A stretch of 64,000 bases of DNA, taken from an uncultured Trueperaceae bacterium. GTDB lineage: Bacteria > Deinococcota > Deinococci > Deinococcales > Trueperaceae. Of the stretch, positions 7,790 to 16,300 are shown in pieces. Under the pieces are notes generated by a model. It was given only the letters and a program-made list of their open reading frames with translations, searched no databases and was not told where the DNA came from. The stretch is taken from NCBI GenBank assembly GCA_963815215.1, contig CAWFFU010000003.1:992001-1056000 (forward strand). The letters run 5' to 3'. The position numbers and the translations under genes are program-made. Within the stretch, counting starts at the first letter, position 1; the number at the start of each line of letters is the position of its first letter.

Positions 7790-10210
7790 TCAACCTCCTA
7801 CGACGGCCGCGATGCAGGCGTCCATGTACGCATCGTATGTCTCACCTGATAGGGCAGGCAGATTCCTCAGTTTCTTCAAGACAGCGATGACAATCCCGAG
7901 TCCGAACTTCACCCCGACCCCCGGCACCGTTGCGATGAGCGCGGCGAGCCCAAGGTACACCGCGATCTCGAACAGCACGAGGACCACGAGCACGCCCGCG
8001 CACAGCAGTCGCACGCCGAACGCCTCCTCGACCTTGATGAGATCACCTTCGGGGATCGTCTGGAGATCCAACTCTTCGGTGTCATCCTGCGCGAGGAGCG
8101 GTCGTGGCGGCACCCGCGGTTCGGAAAGCACGCTGCGTTGTTGGACTGCACCTCCCATGCCATTCCACAGCATGCCAACGGTCTCACCGGTTTGCGGATC
8201 GATTCGCCACCATGCCGGTGTTGCCGGTCGTGAAACAGGTGGAAGTACGATCACGTAACCAGCGGCCAGCTCGTGCTCGATCAACTCCTGAACGTGTGAC
8301 GGCAGTTGCGACACTGCGCTCGAATCTACGACGTCAGGGCGCAGTACCACGGGCAGCCCATTGGGACTCTCGACGAAGAGGCTTGCTGCCGTCACAGCCG
8401 GCGAGCCAGACAGGGCCGAAAGGTAGACGCCCTCCTGGAGTCCTTCGCGCACACCTGCACGGAGAGCCAGATCGGCACGGGCCTCAACGACCGAGCCACT
8501 CGCGTCGAGGACCCGCCAAGGGCTCTGAGCGAGGTCGATCGACCGATTCGTCGCGGGACCAGCCATCCCCTGCTGAAAGAGCACCACGGCCGGAGCGTTT
8601 CGGAACCGGACCACACCGTCATCAATGGGACCACGGTCGAAGCTCGCCATCAAGTACGAGAGCTGGGCGGTTCGCGCGTTGATACGGCCGAGTTCGCCTC
8701 GCACGTAGCCCTGCGGGATAGGTCCGATCGTTGGCGCACCGTTCCCTTCAACCATGATGCGCTTGAGCAAAGGTTCGGCGTCGACGAGATCACTCAACAA
8801 GTGATCGAGCACGTATGCGTCGGGGAAGCGAGCTCCGTCAGCCGCTATGGCCACGCGCGTCCACAAGCGATCTCCGAAACCGTCATCGGGCTCATTCAGT
8901 CCGCGCGATGCGATGTCGTGGCGATGGCTCGTCGCTTCGCCGTCCGGACCTACGACCGAGACTTTGAGCCAGACGGATGTCACGCGTCTCGCTCGCGCGT
9001 CCTGGTCAGCAACGTTGCCGCCACCGATTCCGCCGAGGGCACCGGCCGCTCGGTTCGTGGCTTTGGCCTCAGCCTGGAACACCCCGGCAAACGGGCTCGC
9101 TGCGGCCTCAAGCGGAGCCACGTTGCCATCGAGGTCGAATGCTTGCGCACCGGCTGGGATCGCACCAGACACCAGAGGGAAGAACATGTTGGGCGTGCCG
9201 GGGCCCGCTTGTGGGTCGCGGCCCAAAATGGAATCTGGGACCAGGGTGACTGAAACGGTGGAGCCATTCAGGTTCGCTACCGGGCGTTCCCACGGAGCTA
9301 TGAGGGCATGGGACTCCGTCTTGTCACCAGAGGTGACGTCCACGAAAGCCTCAACGCGCAGCCGGAACAACAGCCCTTGAGGGATCGTGTCCGTGAACGT
9401 TTCGTCCGGCCCGACCTGTGGCGGCTCGCCCGCAGGAAAACCAAGATGCACGTCCGTCCACGGAGCCGTCGGCGCGAGGCGATAGCGGACCCAGCAGTAA
9501 TCGCGGGCTTCCGCCACCAATTCGTCCGTTGACTGACTTCGCCCGAGTTGGACACCGGCGGTCGAGAGACCATCTGTGATTCGCGCTGTGATGTCTGCGA
9601 CGTACGTGTCGACTGCATCGGGCGATACCGGTCCCCACGCACCAGAAAGGTCCACAACTCTATCCACGGCGGTTTCGTCTGAACCGTTCGAGGTGCCCGC
9701 GATTGCATCGAGTTTGGACGAGTCTACCGAATCCGGGCGGGGCTCGACCTTCCTCCACATCGCGTTGACCAGACGTACGGCATCGTCCGGCCCGAGATTC
9801 CCCCGCGCGATAACGACGTCAAGGCCCGCGTCACGCAAGAGGTGCGCAAGCAGGAGGGATTGATCGAGGGAGTTGCCGGCCCGGCTCCTTAAGGTACCCG
9901 CCGCGCCGCGAAGCGCACCAGAGTAGTCTTCGTACGCAATGTTGGACCGAACCCAATTCACGATCTCATCCGGCCCCGAGAACGCGAAATCGGATGAAAG
10001 GAGATCAACGTCGAACTGCCTTCGGTCGACGGCGTCTCGGACAGCTCGTATCCGGGTCATCGCCGTGTCGAAGTCGACCGGTGCCGATCCCTGGGGGTTG
10101 CCAGCCGCTTGGGCGATCGCGAACTGCGAAGCTCCTGGGGACAGCAGAATCAAGCCAAAGATCAGCCGCAGAACCAAGACGGAGCGGGTCGGCAATGGCG
10201 GGAAACGCAT
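7790..10210 (-). CDS. Secreted transglutaminase-like domain protein with a hydrophobic C-terminal region
   Basis: Signal peptide, then WVRSNIAYEDYSGALRGAAGTL...GNSLDQSLLLAHLLRDAG (transglutaminase-like core with Ser in the usual Cys position), WWRIDPQTGETVG and two C-terminal hydrophobic helices. Confidence 0.7.
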   Translation of the reverse strand: MRFPPLPTRSVLVLRLIFGLILLSPGASQFAIAQAAGNPQGSAPVDFDTAMTRIRAVRDAVDRRQFDVDLLSSDFAFSGPDEIVNWVRSNIAYEDYSGALRGAAGTLRSRAGNSLDQSLLLAHLLRDAGLDVVIARGNLGPDDAVRLVNAMWRKVEPRPDSVDSSKLDAIAGTSNGSDETAVDRVVDLSGAWGPVSPDAVDTYVADITARITDGLSTAGVQLGRSQSTDELVAEARDYCWVRYRLAPTAPWTDVHLGFPAGEPPQVGPDETFTDTIPQGLLFRLRVEAFVDVTSGDKTESHALIAPWERPVANLNGSTVSVTLVPDSILGRDPQAGPGTPNMFFPLVSGAIPAGAQAFDLDGNVAPLEAAASPFAGVFQAEAKATNRAAGALGGIGGGNVADQDARARRVTSVWLKVSVVGPDGEATSHRHDIASRGLNEPDDGFGDRLWTRVAIAADGARFPDAYVLDHLLSDLVDAEPLLKRIMVEGNGAPTIGPIPQGYVRGELGRINARTAQLSYLMASFDRGPIDDGVVRFRNAPAVVLFQQGMAGPATNRSIDLAQSPWRVLDASGSVVEARADLALRAGVREGLQEGVYLSALSGSPAVTAASLFVESPNGLPVVLRPDVVDSSAVSQLPSHVQELIEHELAAGYVIVLPPVSRPATPAWWRIDPQTGETVGMLWNGMGGAVQQRSVLSEPRVPPRPLLAQDDTEELDLQTIPEGDLIKVEEAFGVRLLCAGVLVVLVLFEIAVYLGLAALIATVPGVGVKFGLGIVIAVLKKLRNLPALSGETYDAYMDACIAAVVGG

Positions 10211-10415
10211 TTGTCACCACCCCTTTCGTGTTGTGGCGGACACGATGCCCGCTCGAGCCAACGAAGCGCCAAGACCCCGGGAGCCGTGTGGGCGCCAGCG
10301 CGGGAACCTGGTCCACCGAACTGACGCGCCTACCAACCGGGCGATCGCGCACCGCTCAACGTCGCACGGAGGTGCTGAGCCCGTTGCACGTACCCATGCG
10401 TGCATCAGGGGGCCA

Positions 10416-13400
10416 TCAGCGTCCATTGGCCGTCACCTCGACCTCCTCTTCGGCCGACACTGCAACTGACCGAGATTCGGACTCGCCTCGAATTTGCAGC
10501 TGGTAGTGCCCGGCTGGCACCTGGACAGGGGGCCCGCCGACGTACCCTTCGTCGACCAGCGAGCCCTGGGTCGATATGATCTCGAAGATGATCCGCGAGC
10601 CCGATTTGATCTCCGCTCGCAGCTCGCTTGCGGAAGCCAGATTAGAGTAGCTAGCACCGGCCGCCTGCGCCAAGGATCGGAACCTGTCCTGGACGGCACC
10701 GTCTTCGATGCCGAGGGACACCATAGAAACACTGATACCAGCGCTAGCGAGGGTCTGCAGGGCAACGAGGGGATCACCCCCACACGACTCCTCACCGTCG
10801 GTCACCAGGAAGAGACGTGATCCACTTGGCGCTCTCCGCAGATCGTCGCCAACCGCCGCGATCGAGTCCGCCAACGGCGTCTGCGACAGCAGCTTCGGTT
10901 GGATGGCATCGATCGCCTTCGTGGCGGATGCCGGGTCGAGCGGCGCCAGCGGCACCTCGAGCCGGGTGTCGCACGACGAGGGCTTGATGTGGCCGAACAC
11001 GCGCAACGCGAAGGGTGTGCCCTCGGGCAGCACGTTGGTCACGAAGTCCTTCAGCACCTCGCGGGCGGCGTCGATGCGCGATGTACCATCGGGCAGCTTC
11101 TTGCCCATCGAGCCCGAGGCGTCGAAGATCACCTCGACCGCCGGCTGCGCGGCGCCCTCCGCCCGCACCACCCGGATCGAGCCGGGCCCGGGCGGGGCCT
11201 CGGCGCTCGTCGTGACCTCGACGCGGTAGCGCTTGGGGCGCCGCAGCAGGCAGCTCGCGCGCGCGAAGCCGACGTCGAAGTCCCCGACGTTGCGGGCGTA
11301 GTCGTAGAACCCGTGGTTCGCGTCGGCCCAGGCCTGCATGAGGTCCTGGGAGTAGTCCGAGCCGCCGGTGCTGATCTCGAACGTGAACACGCGTGCGCGC
11401 GAGGCCTCGAGGCTGCGCCACAGCTTCGGCGTCAGACCGTAGCCGGGCGACTCGGCGTCGGTGATCAGCAGTACGGCGCGCGTACCGTCGCGCTGGGCCA
11501 GCGCGTCGCTCGCGGTCAGCAGCGCGTTCTCCGAGTTGCTCGATTCGGCGCTGTCGCGGTCGAAGGTGTTGATGGCCTGCTGCGCCCGCACCGGATCGGC
11601 GCTCCAGTACGGCAGCAACCAGATCGGGCCGGGCTCGTTGTAGGCCAGCAGCTGCACGAACTCGCGGTCGGGATCGGTCCCGCGCGTGAAGCGCGCCAGC
11701 GACGCATAGGTGATGGGGATGTACGGTCCCACACTGCCGCTCGTGTCCCACGCGAAGATGACGGAGCGCTTGGGCTCCGCGAGGTGCAACGTGTACTCCC
11801 CGGGGTCGACATACGCGTCCAGCACGACGGCGTCGCCATCGTGGCGCTCGTCATACGCAACGGCATCGCCGGCCGCGCTCGTCAGCGCATAGTTGTACGC
11901 CAGCGTCGGGTCGCCCTCGAGCCGCAGGCTTAGGTGGTTCTGGCCGTCCGGAACGGTGATCGTGAACCAGTCCTCGTCCTCGGCCACGGCCACGGTGCCC
12001 TCCACCACGTCACCCGACGCCAGGGGGCGCGGGGCGTCGCGGCTGTCGCTGTCCGCGGCGTCCGGCCCGGTCTGGCCGGTCGCTGCGCCGTCGGCGCCCC
12101 CCTGCTGCCACTCGTACACGGCCTCCTTCCTGTACTGGCCCCACTCCCCCACCGCCGAACGGTACCCGTCGCCCGAGGGGCGTTCGAGGATGCGGAGGGT
12201 GTCGGGCGGGAACATCGACCTCACGCCCTGCTCCGGACCCGTGGCCGTGAAGCGCACGAAGCGCGCCCAGCTCGGCTCGGGCAACGCCAACGCCGCCGTG
12301 CCCGCTGCGTCGCGCTCCAGGTGCCAATCCGCCAGGTGTTCCCACGGACCGACCGGCGAAGACAGGCTCACGTCGACGGCGACGTCGGAGAAGGCTCCCT
12401 CGGACGTGCTGTCGCTCGACTCGACCCACTCGAGCCGCGTGAACTGAGCGGCCCGGTCGTCCCGGAAGCCGACCACCCAGGTGGCCCGCGGATTGCCATG
12501 CCCGTCCACGCGCGGCCGGTCGGCCTGCTCGTCGAGAATCATCGAGTGTCGTTGCGACTCGGGGATGAGCGGGTCCGACCAGAGGACGTGACCGCCCAGT
12601 GCGGGGTCCGCGAGGTTCAGCTCGCCCAACGGGTCGTCGGCCGCGGCCACGAGCTTCCACTCGCCGATCCACGCCCCGCTGTTCCCGGCCTGATCGGGGC
12701 CGAAGACCAGGCGCGCGTAGCGCGCTTCGACCGCTTTCGGGAACGCGAACGCCTGCTCGACACGGGCGGCCCGCAGGGACGATTCGAGCACCGTCTCGAA
12801 GGTCTCGCCGTCGAGCGACACCTGGATCGAGAAGTCGCGCAACTGCCGGCGCACGTCCGGGCCGCCCTGCGGTTGCAGAAGAGCGCCGGCCAGCGTGATC
12901 GGTTCGTCACCGGCGAGGTCGACGGTGATCGCCTCGCCGACCTCGTGGTGGGCGCCGGTCGCGGGCGACGTGAGGGCGTCGACGGTCTGGGCGTCGCGGC
13001 CGGCGTCGTCCACGATGGTGGCGCCGAGTCCGGACCAGGCCACGTCAAGGCGTCCGAGCATGGCGTCGGGCACGGCCCAGGAGGCCTTCGGGGCGACGGG
13101 CGCAGCTTCGCAGCGGGGCACGAGCGTGAGGCTCGTGGTCGCGATCCCCGCATCGCTGCGCGCGCCCACGGTCACGCGCACGGGCTGGTCGTCGCGGGCG
13201 TCCGGGGCGACGGTGACTGACAGCGGCACGCTCGCGCGTTGCCCCGGACCCACCGTCACCGTGGCGGGGACGTGGGGTGTGACGGCGACGCTGCTCGTGG
13301 CCACCTCCAAGGCGTACGTCTGCTTGCGATCGGAGGTGTTCTCGATCGTCAACTCGTCATCGAGCGCCTGTCCCTCGTACCAGTAGGCAGCCACGTCCCG

Positions 13401-15743
13401 GGCCGACCGCTCGAGCGCGAGGCTGGCCCCGGGATCACCGTTCGGCGGACGAAGCTCCGAGGCGTCGGGCGCGGAGCCGAAGCGAGCGACGAAGCGGTAG
13501 TCTCCCCTACCGTTCATGCGCAGGAACAGGTGTGCCCCGGCCGGGAGGTCAGCGTCGAAAGAGCCATCATTGTTGCGCACAAGACGCGGAGCGCCGTCAC
13601 CGAGCAGCGCGATGCGCGTGTCCTCACCGAGCGTCCCGTCGACATGAAGCGTGGTCGGAGCGTCGAATGCGGGCAGTGCGTAGAAGTCGGGGCCCGTGAT
13701 GTCGCCCACCTTCCCCTCCACGTCGAGGTCGGCGGGCAGCCGATTGGCCGTCGCGGGACTGTCGTTGGGCTCCACATCGTCGGGCAGAGTGAAGGGGTCG
13801 AGCTGGCTCATGCGGAGTTGGTAGTACCCGTCGGAGGCGGTATCGGCGCGCAACCACAGGTCGTAGTTCCCGGCCAGCAGCCGACGCTGGAAGACCACGG
13901 GCGAGCCCGGACCCTGGGACTGGGCGCGCACCCCTGCCTCGCGCACGTCGAAGAAGAGACTCCCGTCCTCAGGCGGCACCGCCTCGATGCGCACGTACTG
14001 GTCGCTGGCGAGGTAGAAGCGGTAGGCATCCACGTCGTTCGTGCCGGTGAGCACGCCGACGCGGGTCTGGCCGACCCGGAGGAGCTCGGCGCGGCTATCG
14101 TCGTCGTTGGGCTCGAGCTCGATCACGCCCGGGGGAGGCGGCGGCCCGGACGGCTCGATCGCCTCGGGCTCCGCCTGTGGCGGTGGCGCCGCGGCCTTCA
14201 GGGGCAGTTGCTGAGCGCCCGCATCTTCGGCCGAAGGCGGAGCCGGCTTCTCGTCGGGCACCGGGCCGAGCGCGAGCGCGCGCAGCGCGTAGGCGCCAGC
14301 GTTGCCGCCGACCTCGATGAAGTGCTCGCCCGGTAACAGCGCCACGTTGTCGAGCCGGATACGCCGCTCACCCTGCAGCGACGCCTGGCGCGCTCCGCCG
14401 GCGTCGTACGTGGTCAGCGAACGAACGCCCGAGCCGACGGCCTGGATGCGCCAGAGCTGCGCCGGACCCGTGGTGGTGAAGCGGTACACGTCCTTGTCCT
14501 GCACCTCCAGCCCCCCGCGCACCGTGAGCCCGTCGGAGAGCGGATCCGCGACCGCGAGGACGTCGTTCGGCTCGCTCTCGTGTCCGTCCTCGGGGGGGCT
14601 CGCCTCGGAGAACACCAACGTGTACGACGCGTCGCCGCCCACGCCCACGGTTACCCCGTAGCGGGGGGCGTCGAGGACAAGGCCGCGCATCGCTCCCGAC
14701 GCCCCGTGACGGGTCTGGATCTCCTCGTGGTCGGCGCTGAAAAGCGAGAGGTAGGCGTTGGCGTCCGACTCCAGGCTCAGGTCGTAGGTCTTGCCGCGCG
14801 CCGCGTCGGGCACGTCGAGCACGAAGTAGTCCTTGTCCGGTCCGGAGCCGTGCATCGCTCGTCCCAGCGACAACACATTGGCCTCGTCCCAGCCGTTGTT
14901 GGGCTCCACCTCGTTGCCGTCGGTGACGCGCCCGGCCGAGGTGGCGCTCAGGGTGAACGGGGCGCCGGACGGTAGTCCCGTAACGCTCACGGCTACCTCA
15001 CCGGCACCGACGCCGAGCGAGCGCAGCGTCGCCCGACCCAGCTCACCCGTGCCGCTCGCGGCCACCTCCGCCCCGTCGGCGCCTCGGAGCGCCAACCTGG
15101 CGTCGCTGCCCACCGCGGCTACGAGCTCGAGGTCCCACCGCAGCGACGCGTCGTCCGCGGCGAGCCGCCATGGCAACGCCACCTCACCGTTCGCCATGCC
15201 GAAGATCGCGAACGCTCCGTCGACGCCGTCGAGACCGTCGACGCCGCGTCGACCACGGCGAAGCGCATCGCCCGGATCGAGGTGGACAACGTAGGCGCCT
15301 TCACCCCCGCTCTTGGACACACCTAGCACGTACCTTCCCGGTGCCACGAGGACCGGCGCAGACTCGGTCAGGGCGCCGCCCGGCGACGTGAACGAGGCGA
15401 GCGTGTCGGCCGCCGTGACGTCGACACCGTTGTCCGCCAAGGTCACGCGGATCAGGTCGACCTTCGTGAGGTGACCCGGGATCCCCTCCATGCTCACAGA
15501 CCACCAGCGAGCCGCCGCCTCATCGTCGACCACCCACAGGTAGGCGTCCTGATCCTGCGCCGCCATCGACCCCGCGATGCACAGGGTGTCGCTCACATCC
15601 TGCGCCGTCGCGGGCGTGTCGTTGGGCTCAGCGTCGACGGTGCACACCTGGGCACCGGCCGTTGCAGCCAGGAGGATCGCGGTCACGGCGACGGCCACCC
15701 GTAGCACGCCGGGTGGGGCCTCACCCAGGTACGGCTTCGGCAT
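10416..15743 (-). CDS. Large secreted/surface protein (1775 aa) with PPC-like repeats, discoidin-like domains and two vWA domains
   Basis: Signal peptide, five xxEPN(D/N) motifs, F5/8-like segment (FSIQVSLDGETF...ARYARL), and MIDAS motifs DTSGS...TDAE and DASGS...TDGEE. ATG at 15743 follows GGAAGGGAGAGG. Confidence 0.8.
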   Translation of the reverse strand: MPKPYLGEAPPGVLRVAVAVTAILLAATAGAQVCTVDAEPNDTPATAQDVSDTLCIAGSMAAQDQDAYLWVVDDEAAARWWSVSMEGIPGHLTKVDLIRVTLADNGVDVTAADTLASFTSPGGALTESAPVLVAPGRYVLGVSKSGGEGAYVVHLDPGDALRRGRRGVDGLDGVDGAFAIFGMANGEVALPWRLAADDASLRWDLELVAAVGSDARLALRGADGAEVAASGTGELGRATLRSLGVGAGEVAVSVTGLPSGAPFTLSATSAGRVTDGNEVEPNNGWDEANVLSLGRAMHGSGPDKDYFVLDVPDAARGKTYDLSLESDANAYLSLFSADHEEIQTRHGASGAMRGLVLDAPRYGVTVGVGGDASYTLVFSEASPPEDGHESEPNDVLAVADPLSDGLTVRGGLEVQDKDVYRFTTTGPAQLWRIQAVGSGVRSLTTYDAGGARQASLQGERRIRLDNVALLPGEHFIEVGGNAGAYALRALALGPVPDEKPAPPSAEDAGAQQLPLKAAAPPPQAEPEAIEPSGPPPPPGVIELEPNDDDSRAELLRVGQTRVGVLTGTNDVDAYRFYLASDQYVRIEAVPPEDGSLFFDVREAGVRAQSQGPGSPVVFQRRLLAGNYDLWLRADTASDGYYQLRMSQLDPFTLPDDVEPNDSPATANRLPADLDVEGKVGDITGPDFYALPAFDAPTTLHVDGTLGEDTRIALLGDGAPRLVRNNDGSFDADLPAGAHLFLRMNGRGDYRFVARFGSAPDASELRPPNGDPGASLALERSARDVAAYWYEGQALDDELTIENTSDRKQTYALEVATSSVAVTPHVPATVTVGPGQRASVPLSVTVAPDARDDQPVRVTVGARSDAGIATTSLTLVPRCEAAPVAPKASWAVPDAMLGRLDVAWSGLGATIVDDAGRDAQTVDALTSPATGAHHEVGEAITVDLAGDEPITLAGALLQPQGGPDVRRQLRDFSIQVSLDGETFETVLESSLRAARVEQAFAFPKAVEARYARLVFGPDQAGNSGAWIGEWKLVAAADDPLGELNLADPALGGHVLWSDPLIPESQRHSMILDEQADRPRVDGHGNPRATWVVGFRDDRAAQFTRLEWVESSDSTSEGAFSDVAVDVSLSSPVGPWEHLADWHLERDAAGTAALALPEPSWARFVRFTATGPEQGVRSMFPPDTLRILERPSGDGYRSAVGEWGQYRKEAVYEWQQGGADGAATGQTGPDAADSDSRDAPRPLASGDVVEGTVAVAEDEDWFTITVPDGQNHLSLRLEGDPTLAYNYALTSAAGDAVAYDERHDGDAVVLDAYVDPGEYTLHLAEPKRSVIFAWDTSGSVGPYIPITYASLARFTRGTDPDREFVQLLAYNEPGPIWLLPYWSADPVRAQQAINTFDRDSAESSNSENALLTASDALAQRDGTRAVLLITDAESPGYGLTPKLWRSLEASRARVFTFEISTGGSDYSQDLMQAWADANHGFYDYARNVGDFDVGFARASCLLRRPKRYRVEVTTSAEAPPGPGSIRVVRAEGAAQPAVEVIFDASGSMGKKLPDGTSRIDAAREVLKDFVTNVLPEGTPFALRVFGHIKPSSCDTRLEVPLAPLDPASATKAIDAIQPKLLSQTPLADSIAAVGDDLRRAPSGSRLFLVTDGEESCGGDPLVALQTLASAGISVSMVSLGIEDGAVQDRFRSLAQAAGASYSNLASASELRAEIKSGSRIIFEIISTQGSLVDEGYVGGPPVQVPAGHYQLQIRGESESRSVAVSAEEEVEVTANGR

Positions 15744-15821
15744 GGTCCTCTCCCTTCCGCGGGCGCGCTCGCCGCACCCAGGCGAACGACGCGCTCGGCC
15801 CGGCACCCAGGGGCCGCGTCG

Positions 15822-16019
15822 TCACTGCTGATCTGGCATGAGGGCGTCGACCTCGAAGTGGCCCTCACTCGTCGTGAGCCCGAGGGTGCTCCAACTCCGC
15901 TCTTCGCCGCCCCGGGTCGCCGATACGGTGCCGGTGACCTGCGCCTGGCCAGCCACGGCGCCGACGACCGTGAGCGCCAGGATCACGAAAGCGCCATCCA
16001 GCCAGGCTCGCTGTCGCAT
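15822..16019 (-). CDS. Small secreted protein, probably an internally deleted remnant
   Basis: AAGGAGG RBS and signal peptide (..AVAGQAQ), leaving only ~40 mature residues. Confidence 0.5.
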   Translation of the reverse strand: MRQRAWLDGAFVILALTVVGAVAGQAQVTGTVSATRGGEERSWSTLGLTTSEGHFEVDALMPDQQ

Positions 16020-16268
16020 GGTTCCCTCCTTCGTGTGCCAGGCACCCTCTCGCACTGCTCCGAGGCTTCCTCCCACGACGCGCGCTGCGTGAAGCGCCGG
16101 ACGAGCGCCGCCAGGTCACGGACGTGGCGCAACGCACCCCTCCGTAGATCCGGCAGGGTGGCGCGCCAAGCTTCCTCAAGGCGCACATACCGCTACACGC
16201 GCAGCGCGAAGCGCCGGTCCGTCACCTGACGGCCGCTCGACTCCAGGTCGGCACATCGGCACGGAACA

Positions 16269-16300
16269 AGGCTAGGCGGGGGCCGTCAATCGGGCGTCAA
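16269..16300 (-). promoter_or_regulatory. SARP-type activator boxes plus -10 upstream of the small-ORF/vWA operon
   Basis: Minus strand TTGACGC (16300-16294) and TTGACGG (16289-16283), 8-bp gap, then TAGCCT (16274-16269). Confidence 0.7.

Noticed and set aside
10411..10436. Third SARP box pair before the transglutaminase-like gene
   Set aside because: GTGACGG and TGGACGC are degenerate, and no -10 follows at 8 bp.
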